From Octopus sinensis (taxonomy: Eukaryota), in assembly GCF_006345805.1 (NCBI RefSeq), contig NC_043001.1, positions 22,196,001-22,260,000 of the forward strand: a stretch of DNA of 64,000 nucleotides, in the 5' to 3' direction. The translations under genes and the position numbers were made by a program. Below are positions 14,811-27,235 of this stretch, piece after piece; positions within the stretch are counted from its first letter, which is position 1, and every line of letters starts with the position of its first letter. Under the pieces are notes generated by a model. The model ran no database searches. It was not told where the DNA came from and was given only the letters and a program-made list of their open reading frames with translations.

Positions 14811-17790
14811 ATCATCATCATCATCATCGTTTAACGTCCGCTTTCCATGCTAGCATGGTTGGACGGTTCAACTGGGGTCTGGGAAGCCGAAGGCTGCACC
14901 AGGCCAGTCAGATGTGGCGGGAGTTGTTTCTACAGCTGGATGCCCTTCCTAACGCAACCACTCCGAGAGTGTAGTGGGGATTTTATGTGCCACCGACACA
15001 GGTGCCGACGAGGCTGGCAGACGGCCACGCTCGGATGGTGTTTTTTATGTGCCACCGACACAGGTGCCAGACGAGGCTGGCAGACGGCCACGCTCGGATG
15101 GTGTTTTTTATGTGCCACCGACACAGGTGCCAGACGAGGCTGGCAGACGGCCACGCTCGGATGGGGTTTTTATGTGCCACCGACACAGGTGCCAGACGAG
15201 GCTGGCAGACGGCCACGCTCGGATGGTGTTTTCTTATGTGTCACCGGCACAGGTGCTAGACGAGGCTGGCGGACGGCCACGCTCGGATGGTGTTTGTTAC
15301 GTGCCCTCAGCACGGAGGCCAGTCATTGCGGTACTGGCTACGGTCACGTTCGGATGGTTTTCTTATGTGCCACCGGCACTGGTACCACAAGGATACAAAT
15401 TCCATTGATGTTCATCTATTTTGATTTGGTTCGATTTGATTTGATACGATTCGATTCTATTCTCACTTGCCTCAACAGGTCTTCACAAGTGTCACAAGAA
15501 GGAAGGTATGCACAGGTGGACTGACTACGTCCCAGGTAGGGGCCACGGATTATGGCTTCACTAGTCTTGCCGGGTCTTCTCACGCACAGCATACTTCCAT
15601 AGGTCTCGGTCTCTAGTCATTTCCATGGTGAGACCTAACGTCGAAGGTCGTGCTTCACCACCTCGTCCCAGGTTTTCCTGGGTCTACCTCTTCCACGGGT
15701 TCCCTCAACTGCTAGGGATTGGCACTTTCTCACACCTCTCTTCATCCATTCTCGCCACATGACCATACCAGCGCAATCGTCTCTCTTGCACACAACAACT
15801 GATGCTTCTTAGGTACAACATTTCTCTCAAGGTACTAACGCTCTGTCGAGTAAGTACACTGACATTACACATCCATCGGAGCATACTGGCTTCGTTCCTC
15901 ACGAGCTTACGCATGTCCTCAGCAGTCACGGCCCATGTTTCACTGCCATGTAGCATAGCTGTTCGTACACATGCATCATACAGTCTGCCTTTTACTCTGA
16001 GCGAGAGGGCCTTAGTCACCAGCAGAGGTAAGAGCTCCCTAAACTTTGCCCAGGCTATTCTTATTCTAGCAGTTACACTTTCAGCGCACCCACCCCCACT
16101 ACTGACTTGGTCACCTAGATAGCGGAAACTATCAACTACTTCTAGTTTTTCCCCCCGGAAAGTGACAGAAGTTGTTTTCTGCAGATTTTCGGAGGTCAGT
16201 GCTCCAGAGCACCTGCCACATACAAAAACTATCTTCCCAGTTAGCCTACCTTTGACATTGCTGCACCTCTTATGTGTCCATAGCTTACACTGGGTACATC
16301 TTATAGAGTTTCTACCTACACCTTTTCTACAGATCGAGCAGGGCCATCTTCCTGATGATATTGTGGGTTTTCTACCTTTCTACTTATTAGTACTTTGGTT
16401 TTAGCTAGGTTGACTCTAAGGCCCCTCGATTCTAAACCCTCCTTCCACACCTGGAACTTCTCCTCCAGTTCTGATAGTGACTCAGCGATTAGAGCGAGGT
16501 CGTCAGCATAGAGGAGCTCCCAGGGGCAACCGGTCTTGAATTCCTCCGTTATTGCCTGGAGGACTATGATAAATAGGAGGGGGGCTGAGTACTGAACCCT
16601 GGTGGACCCCAACCTCTACTTTGAATTCTTCTGTGTACATGTTGCAACTCTAACCTTACTTACGGCATCTCTGTACATGGCTTGCACAGCCCTCACCAGC
16701 CATTCATCTATCCCTATTTCCTCATTGACCACCAGATGAGGGATCGGGGGACCCTATCAAAGGCTTTCTCCATGTCAACAAAGGCAGGTACAGGGGCTTA
16801 TCCTTGGCTAGGTATTTCTCCTGCAGCTGCCTTACCAGGAATATAGCATCAGTGGTGCTTTTCCCTGGGACAAACCCAAACTGCATCTCATCTAAAACTA
16901 ACTCTCTCTCTAATTAGGGGCTAAGACCCTCTCCGTAACCTTCATTACCTGATCCAACAGCTTGATACCTCTGTAATTATTTGTATCCAGGGCATCACCT
17001 TTACCTTTGTAGCAGTTGACTAGTATGCTGCTACACCAGTCATTGGGTATGACTCCTTCGTGTATCACCTGGTTGACTATACGGGGTGACTAGGTTATAG
17101 CCGACACTGCCAGATATTTTGAGCATCTCTGCAGTAATTCCTGATGGGCCTGGGGCTTTCCCTGTCTTCATGCTTCTAACTGCCTTAGCTACTACGGAAC
17201 TATCAACTCGGATAGCTGGTCCCTCTGTTGGGTCAACATTTGGCAGACTCTCTTTATCCCATTCATTTTCTTTATTCAGCAAACTTTCATAGTGGCATCT
17301 CCAAACCTCTCTCTTTGCATCCTCATTTAGCGCAAGTGAACCATCATCCATGCGAACACACTTCTCTCCTACCACATCACGATTCTCTCTCACACACTGT
17401 CTTGCAACACGAAACACCTCCAGTCTTTGGTCCTCACGGCGCAGAACATTGGCAAATTTTTTCTTATCTGCTTCCCCTCTGGCTAAATAAACCTGTCTCC
17501 TAGCTTCTCTTTTGGCAGTCTGATACAATTCCCTGCTACCCCCATTTTTCCAGTCCTTCCAAGCCTGTCTCTTTTGTCTAATAGCCCCGTCAACCACCGT
17601 GTTCCACCACCATGTTACTCTGGGTCGAGATGGTACTTTGCTCCATCCACAGATCTGGTCAGTGGCTGTCAGCAGATTGTCCCGTAGGAATCTCCAGTTG
17701 TCTTCCACATTAAGTGAAGCTATATATCCCTTCTATTTCGTCAGAGGCTTCGAGTAGTATGTCTCTAAATCTCTGTGCATTGCAGGATCT
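14808..17790 (-). mobile_element. 5'-truncated RTE/RTE-X-like LINE with (CAT)n tail
   Basis: Frameshifted ORF pieces ...KTGKAPGPSGITAEMLK..., SPLLFIIVLQAITEEFKTGCPWELLYADDL and MLHGSETWAV...RRLRWYGHVARM; (atc)n tail at 14808-14829. Confidence 0.95.
14981..15385. repeat. About 62-bp GC-rich minisatellite (about 6.5 units) in the LINE 3' UTR
   Basis: Unit ttttatgtgccaccgacacaggtgccagacgaggctggcagacggccacgctcggatggtg; four near-identical units, then more diverged ones. Confidence 0.95.
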
Positions 17791-17802
17791 TTAATATATA
17801 TA

Positions 17803-17855
<53 letters not shown>

Positions 17856-18438
17856 CATACACACACACATAATATATATATGATATCTCTTGCCAGGGGA
17901 AATTTGTTTAAAAAAAGAATACACTAGCCTTGTTTCACTTAGTTAATAAATTAAATTAACTTTATTCATTGCTTCACTAATTCTTTCAGTCAATTAATCA
18001 GTTAGTTTGTCATTATTTAGGAGCTTATCAAAAACATGCAGTAGTTGCTGCAGGCCTTTCATAATGCATCCCCACTGCATGTATCTGGACTGGCCATTCC
18101 TATTTGTTTCAACATAATCTCACATCATAAATGCATATCTACTCACACACACACAGAAGCATGTGTGCATGTGAAAGCATGTGGTTTAGTAGTTACATGG
18201 TTCTGAGTAAGATTCTCGGTCCAGGCAGCATGTGTTACCTTTGATTAAAGTACATTTGTTCATATCACATTTGCTCTAGTTTGCTCAGCTAAAACTGTGT
18301 AGAATATCAGCCAAGTGCTGTGCAGCCTCACTCTGTCCAATTATCACATTCTGCATCAAGAGTGGGTGGCAAATAAATTAGCAAAAGTATGTTACAAGCT
18401 ACCTTGTCATACTTATGAGTGACCACTAAACTAAGTCC

Positions 18439-18471
<33 letters not shown>

Positions 18472-18473
18472 GA

Positions 18474-18894
18474 TGCAGGAGTGTCTGTGTGGTAAGTAGC
18501 TTGCTTATCAACCACATGGTTCTGGGTTCAGTCCCACTGCGTGGCACTTTGGGCAAGTGTCTTCTACTATAGCCTTGGGCCGACCAAAGCCTTGTGAGTG
18601 GATTTGGTAGACGGAAACTGAAAGAAGCCCGTCATATATATGTGTATATATGTATATATATACATATATATATACGTGTGTGTGTGTGTGTGTTTGCATG
18701 TCTGTGTTTGTCCCCCCGCCCCAACATCGTTTGACAACCGATGCTGGTGTGTCCCAGTAACTTAGCGGTTTGGCAAAAGAGACTGATAGAATAAGTGCTA
18801 GGCTTACAAAGAATAAATCCTGGGGTCGATTTGCTCGACTAAAGGTGGTGCTCCAACATGGCTGCAATCAAATGACTGACACAAGTAAAAGAGA

Positions 18895-18896
<2 letters not shown>
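18474..18896 (+). mobile_element. SINE S1, full length
   Basis: gcaggagtgtctgtgtggtaag...gggttcagtccc (A/B-box-like) through tail agtaaaagag. Confidence 0.93.
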
Positions 18897-18931
<35 letters not shown>

Positions 18932-19574
18932 ATAAACATCTGCAAATGCAATCATGTGTATATACTTTCTGATATCTACCATCAACATCTTCCCTACACA
19001 CCAATTTTCTTTCCTATTCACCATAGCCACTGCTACATAACCCACCTCCACTTGGTCCCTGTACATCTGTCTCCCTCTGCTCTCCCATCCACACATCATC
19101 CTATTTTCTCGTGTATATTCAGCAGTGGGGGGAGGGGGTATTATACTTCTGCTCTCCACCCTACCCTGCACTGTCACTTATCAACCTTCTTTCAGAGCTG
19201 TTTCTTTTGCCTTCTCTCCACCATACTGATATTTACCATTTGCCACACTTCAACCCTCTTACACCATTCACTACATTAACCTATACCACCTGTCACTCTC
19301 CTCTTACACCCCTATGAACTTGCCCCCCCCCCCATCCCACCTGATCCTCAAATCCATATGACTATATGCACACCTTCTTGCACCTTAAAAATATGCTCCA
19401 ACACCTGTCACCAATATTCTTTTTTCTAGCTCTAGTCATGTCTCTTTTTTTTTTACAGCAAGAGACACCTATGCCCATCCTATCATACTCCAGCCTCCCA
19501 GCACCTGGCATAAAGTCACCTCTCCCTCTACTACAACTCAGTTTGCTGATGGGGCGGGGTCTTTATTTCTTTGT

Positions 19575-19778
19575 CTCACTCATTACTTGGTGATTTCTCT
19601 AGTGCTGGTGTGACAAAAACACACCCAGTAAACTATAGAATTTTTGGCATCAGGAACAGAATGAAGCTGCAGAAACTATGCCAAAGCAGACATTGCAGCT
19701 CACAAATTCCTCCAGTGGATTGGATCCTGTCAAAATGTCCAACCCATACTAGCATGGAAGACTAATGACAACGATATA
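19575..19778 (+). mobile_element. Diverged LINE-tail element (RTE-like 3' end)
   Basis: cctgtcaaaatgtccaacccatactagcatggaag resembles the 3' end of the 14808-17790 LINE. Confidence 0.65.
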
Positions 19779-19797
19779 TATATATATATATATATAG

Positions 19798-20027
19798 GGA
19801 GAGTTTACGAAAAAAACAAAAGACGAAGACAGGTGGTGTACAAAACAAACAGATGTATTAGTGTAATGCTCAAATACAAAATGGGACAAGAACGCAAAGT
19901 ATCCAGACAGTTAGGTGATACAAAAAAGGGACAACAAAACATCCAGATAGACGATACAAAAAAAAAAATCAAGGACAGGTCATTCAAAGCCTTTTATCTT
20001 CAGTCAAGAACTGGATCATTCTCGCAA
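19798..20027. repeat. Unclassified repeat-like segment embedded in a (TA)n tract
   Basis: Bounded by TA runs on both sides; I recognise it as a recurrent octopus-type repeat but cannot assign a class. Confidence 0.4.
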
Positions 20028-20323
20028 TATATATATAAATATATGTAATTAATTAATAAGGGTGAGAGAATTAGATACTAATTTAATAGTATATCTATTC
20101 TACACCAAGTGGCCTAGTGCTCCGAGAAACCTGGATTATTATAATATTTTATAATATATTATAATATTTTTACAAAATAAATATAAGAGAGTGGTCACTA
20201 TATGGCTCACTCTAGCACCAGTTAATCCAATAGGTTTCAACCACAAAAATACATGTTTCCCATGAAAGTCAGTACGATTGTTAGCTCACACGGACAGGGC
20301 AAATAAAAAATAACAAAAATACA

Positions 20324-20415
20324 GATTATTTTGGGACAATTGTTTCGCTATTAATGAATTAAATGTAATTTTACTTACAAAAAAATCCACTTGTAGCTCC
20401 TCAGCCAAAACTATC
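20324..20415 (-). ncRNA. Type I hammerhead ribozyme motif (mirror copy)
   Basis: Reverse complement of 21126-21217. Confidence 0.85.
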
Positions 20416-21125
20416 TGGATGAAATCCACTCAATCACACGCCAGATTTTATCATAACGATAAATACGCGTGTGGTTCAATTGATTACATCCGACGTTATA
20501 ATTCAAATGCCCCAACTAACAGCGCGCCAAATTTTCACGGAAAACAAATACAGCATTTAGAAATAAATGCAGCATAATTATAATTAATTAATAAGGGTGA
20601 GAGAATTAGATACTAATTTAATAGTATATCTATTCTACACCAAGTGGCCTAGTGCTCCGAGAAACCTGGATTATTATAATATTTTATAATATATTATAAT
20701 ATTTTTACAAAATAAATATAAGAGAGTGGTCACTATATGGCTCTGGGAAACATGTATTTTTGTGGTTGAAACCTATTGGATTAACTGGTGCTAGAGTGAG
20801 CCATATAGTGACCACTCTCTTATATTTATTTTGTAAAAATATTATAATATATTATAAAATATTATAATAATCCAGGTTTCTCGGAGCACTAGGCCACTTG
20901 GTGTAGAATAGATATACTATTAAATTAGTATCTAATTCTCTCACCCTTATTAATTAATTATAATTATGCTGCATTTATTTCTAAATGCTGTATTTGTTTT
21001 CCGTGAAAATTTGGCGCGCTGTTAGTTGGGGCATTTGAATTATAACGTCGGATGTAATCAATTGAACCACACGCGTATTTATCGTTATGATAAAATCTGG
21101 CGTGTGATTGAGTGGATTTCATCCA

Positions 21126-21217
21126 GATAGTTTTGGCTGAGGAGCTACAAGTGGATTTTTTTGTAAGTAAAATTACATTTAATTCATTAATAGCGAAACA
21201 ATTGTCCCAAAATAATC
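21126..21217 (+). ncRNA. Type I hammerhead ribozyme motif, canonical core
   Basis: Stem I UUUUGG (21131-36)/CCAAAA (21207-12), extendable; CUGAGGA 21137-43; stem II GCUA/UAGC around a 43-nt loop; GAAAC 21195-99; palindromic stem III ACAAUUGU; GUC cleavage after 21206. Confidence 0.85.
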
Positions 21218-21389
21218 TGTATTTTTGTTATTTTTTATTTGCCCTGTCCGTGTGAGCTAACAATCGTACTGACTTTCATGGGAAACATGTATTTTTGTGG
21301 TTGAAACCTATTGGATTAACTGGTGCTAGAGTGAGCCATATAGTGACCACTCTCTTATATTTATTTTATAAATATATGTATATATATGT

Positions 21390-21775
21390 GTGAGCAACCC
21401 GCCTGCCCGTCCAATGGACGGTGCTGAGTTGTCAAACATTTAAACCAAATTTTCTCAAAACAACTTGTCCGACTGTCCCATAGGCCTCCCCTTTGAGAAA
21501 CACTGATTTAACCTCAATTTGAGACACCAGCAAAAGAAGAAATAAAGATAGACTTTTTTTCTATTCCAAGAAAACGATTTTACAAATGCACGTTCCCATG
21601 GCTTTATCGATCGCATTCTCACCTGGAATCGATTTTTGTAATTTTTTCAAGACTTATACACGCCCTGATACTGTCGGTATCTACATATCAAATCTGAGCG
21701 CAATCGGATGGAGGATGCCCGAGATCCTAGAAGACACACACACACAGATAGACAGAATGGATTTTATATTATATA
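21390..21775 (-). mobile_element. Non-autonomous Helitron-like element, family H2
   Basis: Homologous to 26709-27229; 3' hairpin CCGTCC-ATT-GGACGG; no TIR or TSD seen. Confidence 0.65.
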
Positions 21776-21933
21776 TATATATATGCACATGCATTCACAT
21801 ATAGCAGATGTGTACTCCATATGCTGCACTCAATATAAGATATGGAAACACAAGAGGGGTACTGCATTCACAGGCCAACTAACTGATAAGATAAGCTTCA
21901 TATGCAACATTCACACTGGAACAATATGTACAT

Positions 21934-22106
21934 AGGCGTAGGAGTGGCTGTGTGGTAAGTAGCTTGCTTACCAACCACATAGTTCTGGGTTCAGTCCCAC
22001 TGTGTGGCACCTTGGGCAAGTGTCTTCTACTATAGCCTCGGGCCGACCAAAGCCTTGTGAGTGGATTTGGTAGATGGAAACTGAAAGAAGCCCATCGTAT
22101 ATATGC

Positions 22107-22174
<68 letters not shown>

Positions 22175-22211
22175 TGTGTGTGTGTGTGTGTGTTGTGTGT
22201 GTGTGTGTGTG

Positions 22212-22247
<36 letters not shown>

Positions 22248-22460
22248 ATATGTTTGTGCGTCTGTGTTTGTCCCCCCAACATCGCTTGACAACCGATGCT
22301 GGTGTGTTTACACCTCCGTAACTTAGCAGTTCAGCAAAAGAGACCGACAGAATAAGTACTAGGCTTACAAAGAATAAGTCCTGGAGTCGATTTGCTCGAC
22401 TAAAAGGCACTGCTCTAGCATGGCCACAGTCAAATGACAAACAAGTAAAAGAATAAAAGA
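21934..22460 (+). mobile_element. SINE S1, full length with expanded (TA)/(GT) core
   Basis: ggcgtaggagtggctgtgtggtaag ... caagtaaaagaataaaagag. Confidence 0.93.
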
Positions 22461-22589
22461 GTGGTTGGGCTAAATTTTATGAGATTTGTTTTATATCTCT
22501 TTTTTTTTTTCTTTTGTCAGGAACAGCTTAATATATTGGTGAACGGTCAAAGGAAAGCATAAAGCTTAAAGTTGTAATTGAGAAAAAGT

Positions 22590-23220
22590 TAGCTGACAAG
22601 GATAGGAAGCCATGTGAATATTGGGAAAAGAATTTCCTGTATCGTTATTCACACCAGGTATCAAAATGCCAACATCATGACTCACTGCGCTGTAAAATCA
22701 TTGCCACATTTTTGAACAGAGACTTAGGCTCAATTCAGATGGCCGTGCGAAGATGCTGGAAATTGATCAATCTCTGGCTGGAGAAGGTTGATGATGATGA
22801 AAGGCCATAAGTGTGACAATAGGACTTGGCTCTTTGCCATACCTCTAGAATGAGTCAGAAGTGGTTGGAGAATTTCTATGACTTGAACAGCCCCAATTTT
22901 TGGCCTCCTAATTTTCTTGATTGTAATCCCATCAATTACTACGTGTAGAGTGCAGTTGAGAAAAAACATCAACTGCTCTGTTTGCAATACCAAGGAAGAG
23001 CTGGTGACCAAGATCAAGATGTTTGATCTTCCCAAGGACACAGTGAGGAATGTATGTGCCAAGTTCTGGAGCCATCTTGAGGTCACAGTGGAAGCTGAGG
23101 GCAGCTACTTTGAATAAACTTATCCTCCAGCCATAATCAATTTATTTTTTTTGGACAGGATATCCTGTATATTTCTTTTCCTTTTAAGCAAACTGTCAAA
23201 TTAAACCTGAACACCTTGTA
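22590..23220 (+). pseudogene. Tc1/mariner (maT/DD37D-like) transposase C-terminal relic with right TIR
   Basis: Q*DLALCHTSRMSQKWLENFYDLNSPNFWPPNFLDCNPINYYV* then NTKEELV...VRNVCAKFWSHLEVTVEAEGSYFE*; end ctgaacaccttgta. Confidence 0.8.
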
Positions 23221-24409
23221 CTACCAGTACACCAGAATTGTCAGCAAGTCAGAAAAGAATACCTTGTTGTCTTTCTTCTGGTTCTTTAGGTTGCGATTTC
23301 AAATACAACCAGAGTCAAATATGCATACCAACCTTTCAGTTTTCAGGGGGAATAAAGTACTACTTGAGTTATAGTTGGATAAAAGGGTCAATTTCATTGA
23401 TTAGCCACTTGCGCAAGTTTTTGACTTTGTGCCTGTATTAGAAAAATTTTTTTTTTCCAGCCTTTATGTTCCGAGTTCAATTTCCACCAAGGTCAACTTT
23501 GCCTTTCATACTTTCAGGGTCAATAAAGTACCAGTCTAGTACTGGAGTTAAAATAAACAATCCCCTTCCTGTGAAAATTGCCAGCTTTGTGCCTAAATTT
23601 GAAACATAACCTCGCATTACTGGTACTTACTGTGCTGAAACAAGAATAAAAGGCAAAGCTGCTCCTAATAGAATTGAATTCAGATCAATGGGATAATGAA
23701 CTAGCTTCATAAAAACATCAAATCTATACTGGTTATCTCCAAGATTAATCCTACAAAAAACTAGTAATAATAACTTGATATTTCACATTAGTTGGAGGAA
23801 TATGTGACATAAACTAAAACACACTTCATTTGTTTTTCAATACTATTCTCAAGTGACCCATTTTATTGAGGACATTTTTTAATATATGTTGCCGCATGGG
23901 ATTGTAGAACATATTCATTTGAGAAACTATAGTTACAGCAGGTTGGAATTATAGGGAGTTCGTTGAAGTAATGTTGAGAAAGAGCTTAGTAAATCTACAT
24001 TAACATAACATTTGATATGTGTCTTTTTCAATGTTCTTGAAACATGATATCACTTGATTTCAGAGCCAGACATTTTTATCCCATATTTTATGCTTCAGTT
24101 CTTAAAACTGTGACACCATACGAATGTGGAGGGAATATTCAAAAGTGTTTACTTCACCAAATCCTTTCATTGAATAGTAATACATCCAGATGACGGTGAT
24201 GATTGTTAGAATGTTGGTGGTGACAAGAAAAATAGGGCAGAAAGGGAGAGAAATTCTTTTAGTCTGTCGCTTTTCCTTTTTTTTAGGGGTAGAGAATTTT
24301 ACTAGACAGCCATAAGGATCTAAATACAAATAACATTTTATACATAAAAAGGAAAAAGAGATTGTAAACTGATGGTGAATACTGAAAACCCCAGAATTAT
24401 TTTATATCT

Positions 24410-24765
24410 TTTTTACCGGTTTCAGTCATTGGATTGCAGTCATGTTGGGGTACCGCCTTCAAGGGTTTAGTCTAACAAATCTACCAGAGTAGTTATTTTT
24501 TTGAAAGTCTAGTACTTATTCTACCAGTCTCTGCTGCCAAATCTCAATTACAAAGACATAAACAAACCAACTGTCAAGTGGGGGAGGGGGAATACACACA
24601 TGTGACAAGTTTCCACACAATTTTTGTCACCCAAATTCTCACAAGGTATTGGTCAGCCCAGGGCTATAGTAAAATACACTTTCCCAAGGTGCCACACAAT
24701 GGGATTGAACTCAGAACCATACTGTTGCAAAGTAAGCTTCTTAACCATATAACCATGCCTGCATC
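24410..24765 (-). mobile_element. SINE S1, old diverged copy
   Basis: Recognisable tail and head (ccaaggtgccacacaatgggattgaac). Confidence 0.75.
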
Positions 24766-25267
24766 TATTTGAAAAAAAATTATCACTTCACATTTCAGTG
24801 TAAAATGAATCCAAGCCAAAATGGTTTTACATCAACTTTCAAAAATAAAAATTTAATGAAACCGAGAAGCTAAAACCTCGGTTTCATCAGTTTTTAGTTT
24901 TAGAAATCTGATAATTGACACGTTTTCAAAAATTAACTTTCCAAAACGTGATAGAATTAACTTTATGAAAATAGTGTTTGTTACCAAACAAAGTTATTTC
25001 AGTTTTTAACTGATATAAAATAACATCCATCAATGCCAATTGCGAGGGTGTTCGTTTTGTCCAAGTCAACTGTAATTAGAGCTACAAATAAAATATTTTA
25101 TAGCTGTAACTATTTTTAATTCCCAAGAACTTGCAGCAAAGCAGGAAATTTCAATCCTCAAGCATTAAGAGTTGATCTTAAAACAAGAGAGAAGGTTGTT
25201 ACTAAATGTCTCATGTAGTATGTTAATTGTGGTACCATATTTTTGCAGGGAATAATCCCAATTTTTT

Positions 25268-25676
25268 GGATCTTTTCGGTTTGAACGGCAGTTTTTAACA
25301 TAATTTCTAGGTAACTAAAAAATTTTAAACTTCGTATACTGGTAGAATGTGTTTATAAAACATCTTTTTCTCTTGGCTTTGAGAAAATTCTATAGTTTGT
25401 AAGATATTTGTTGTTTTTTTTTCTTCAATTTCTGCAATTTCAACCAATCAGTGACGTCTATTGAGTTAAAAAGCATTCTGTGCCGTATGAATATGTCCCT
25501 CGTTTAAGAAACAGATTGGGCTTATTTACATTTGTGAAGAAAAAAAGATACCCTTCCCTCCACCCCTAACCCTAACACAGATTGAAATGCAATAGATCGA
25601 TACTAGGGTCATAATTATGGGTGACAATTTCATATGACACCGCTAGAAAAAACTATCGTTCAAACTGAAAAGATCC
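25268..25676. mobile_element. GGATC-ended MITE, copy 1
   Basis: TIR GGATCTTTTCGGTTTGAAC / GTTCAAACTGAAAAGATCC; T-rich flanks match 7/8; opposite orientation to the other four copies. Confidence 0.9.
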
Positions 25677-26308
25677 ATTTTTTTGTATATCTATAACTGT
25701 GTTGCCTCGTGTGCCAGTTATTTTTTAAGATGGTAGATTTTACGATGGTGATTTGAAGAAATTTGACTGCTATTTCTTGCAGGTCAAATAACCACATATG
25801 GATTCCTTCATTAGGTTACAATAATTGTGAGTTCTATGTACCTAGATAAAATATTCTGAGTAAAAACAAAAAAAAAAATCAATTGACCCTAATACAGGAC
25901 ATCCAAAAGTTGACACATTACAACATATAGAAACCACTATTGTTATATCTTAAATGAATTATCACTCCCATAGTTTTAAAAGGTTATTTACACTATCACC
26001 ATAGCTACATTGATACATCTTTGATTTATCAATAAATTATGCTGATTGAGATTACACAACAAAAGGGTTTATATCTTAGTATGTAACACAAAATGAGATG
26101 TACAAGTCATTGCTTTGTAAAGCAATGAAACATGGGCAGGGAATGCAGAGAATGTACAGAAGTATAGGTTAAGAAAAGTTCATGATAATGCAGTGTTAAC
26201 TTACAAAGTCAAAGCACAAATAAACCAAGAAAGGCTATTGTATATGAAAAGCCATTAGCTAATGTAAGTTTTTCCAGTCGGAGCTGAAGGGAGTGGTTAC
26301 ACGAGGCT

Positions 26309-26683
26309 CACTCTTTTACTTGTTTCAGTCATTTGACTGTGGCCATGCTGGAGCACCGCCTTTAGTCGAGCAAATCGACCCCAGGACTTATTCTTTGTGA
26401 GCCTAGTACTTGTTCTATCGGTCTCTTTTGCCGAACCGCTAAGTTACGGGAATGTAAACACACCAGCATCGGTTGTCAAGCAATGTTGTGGGGACAAACA
26501 CAGACACACAAACACATATATACGATGGGCTTCTTTCAGTTTCCGTCTACCAAATCCACTCACAAGGCTTTGGTTGGCCCGAGGCTATAGTAGAAGACAC
26601 TTGCCCAAGGTGCCACACAGTGGGACTGAACCCGGAACCATGCAGTTGGTAAGCAAGCTACTTACCACACAGCCACTCCTGCT
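26309..26683 (-). mobile_element. SINE S1, full length
   Basis: High identity to 56778-57205. Confidence 0.93.
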
Positions 26684-26708
26684 CCTGAGAACATTGGATA
26701 TATATATA

Positions 26709-27229
26709 TCTCTTATATAAAATCCGTTCTGTGTGGGTGTCTTCTAGGATCTCGGGCATCCTCCATCCGATTGCGCTCAAATTTGATATGTAGATACCGA
26801 CGGTATCAGGGCGTGTATAAGTCTTGAAAAAATTACAAAAATCGATTCCAGGTGACAATGCGATCGATAAAGCCGTTTTGGTCCTGCTTTTCTTCCGTCA
26901 ACCTGTACATAACTGCACCTTCCATTTTTTGTACTGCTTAAAGGCACGTTTCTTTCCTGCCAAACTTACTGTATAAACCATGTTTGTGTTCTCCCAGTCA
27001 ACAGCCTTATCATTACTGGTACTTTAAACTCTTCGGTTGCATATTTGTGTGAATAAAATCGTTTTTCTTTGGAATAGAAAAAATGTCTGTCTTTATTTCT
27101 TCTTTTGTTGGTGTCTCAAATTTAGGTTAAATCAGTGTTTCTGAAAGGGGAGGCCTAAGGGCCTGTCGGACAAGTTGTTTTGAGAAAATCTGGTTTAAAT
27201 GTTTGACAACTCAGCACCGTTTTGCTCGT
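26709..27229 (+). mobile_element. Non-autonomous Helitron-like element, family H2
   Basis: 5' A|TCTCTTATATAAAA start; body matches 21390-21775 with an extra internal segment; 3' hairpin deleted. Confidence 0.65.
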
Positions 27230-27235
27230 ATATAT

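Larger units (their letters stand above)
20046..21367. mobile_element. Non-coding Penelope/retrozyme-like insertion: partial tandem 535-bp unit plus inverted copy
   Basis: 20046-20208 repeats at 20581-20743; arms 20174-20743 and 20798-21367 are reverse complements with a 54-nt spacer; ATAAATATATGTA occurs at both ends (20035-47, 21368-80); hammerhead inside. Confidence 0.8.

Noticed and set aside
14981-15385. CRISPR-like periodic array
   Set aside because: Whole units are near-identical with no unique spacers; eukaryotic LINE context; no cas genes.
19960-20015. Minus-strand CUGAAGA...GAAU...GUC motif
   Set aside because: GAAA is broken and the flanks are direct rather than complementary, so there is no stem I.
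20109-20242. Pol III promoter in the ribozyme unit (TGGCCTAGTGC A-box-like)
   Set aside because: No convincing B box at normal spacing, and it lies on the strand opposite the ribozyme.
21390-27229. Mirror arrangement Helitron(-)/SINE(+) ... SINE(-)/Helitron(+) as one composite transposon or inversion
   Set aside because: The spacing between SINE and Helitron differs (about 160 vs about 25 bp), spacer sequences are unrelated and the copies differ by large indels; independent insertions suffice.
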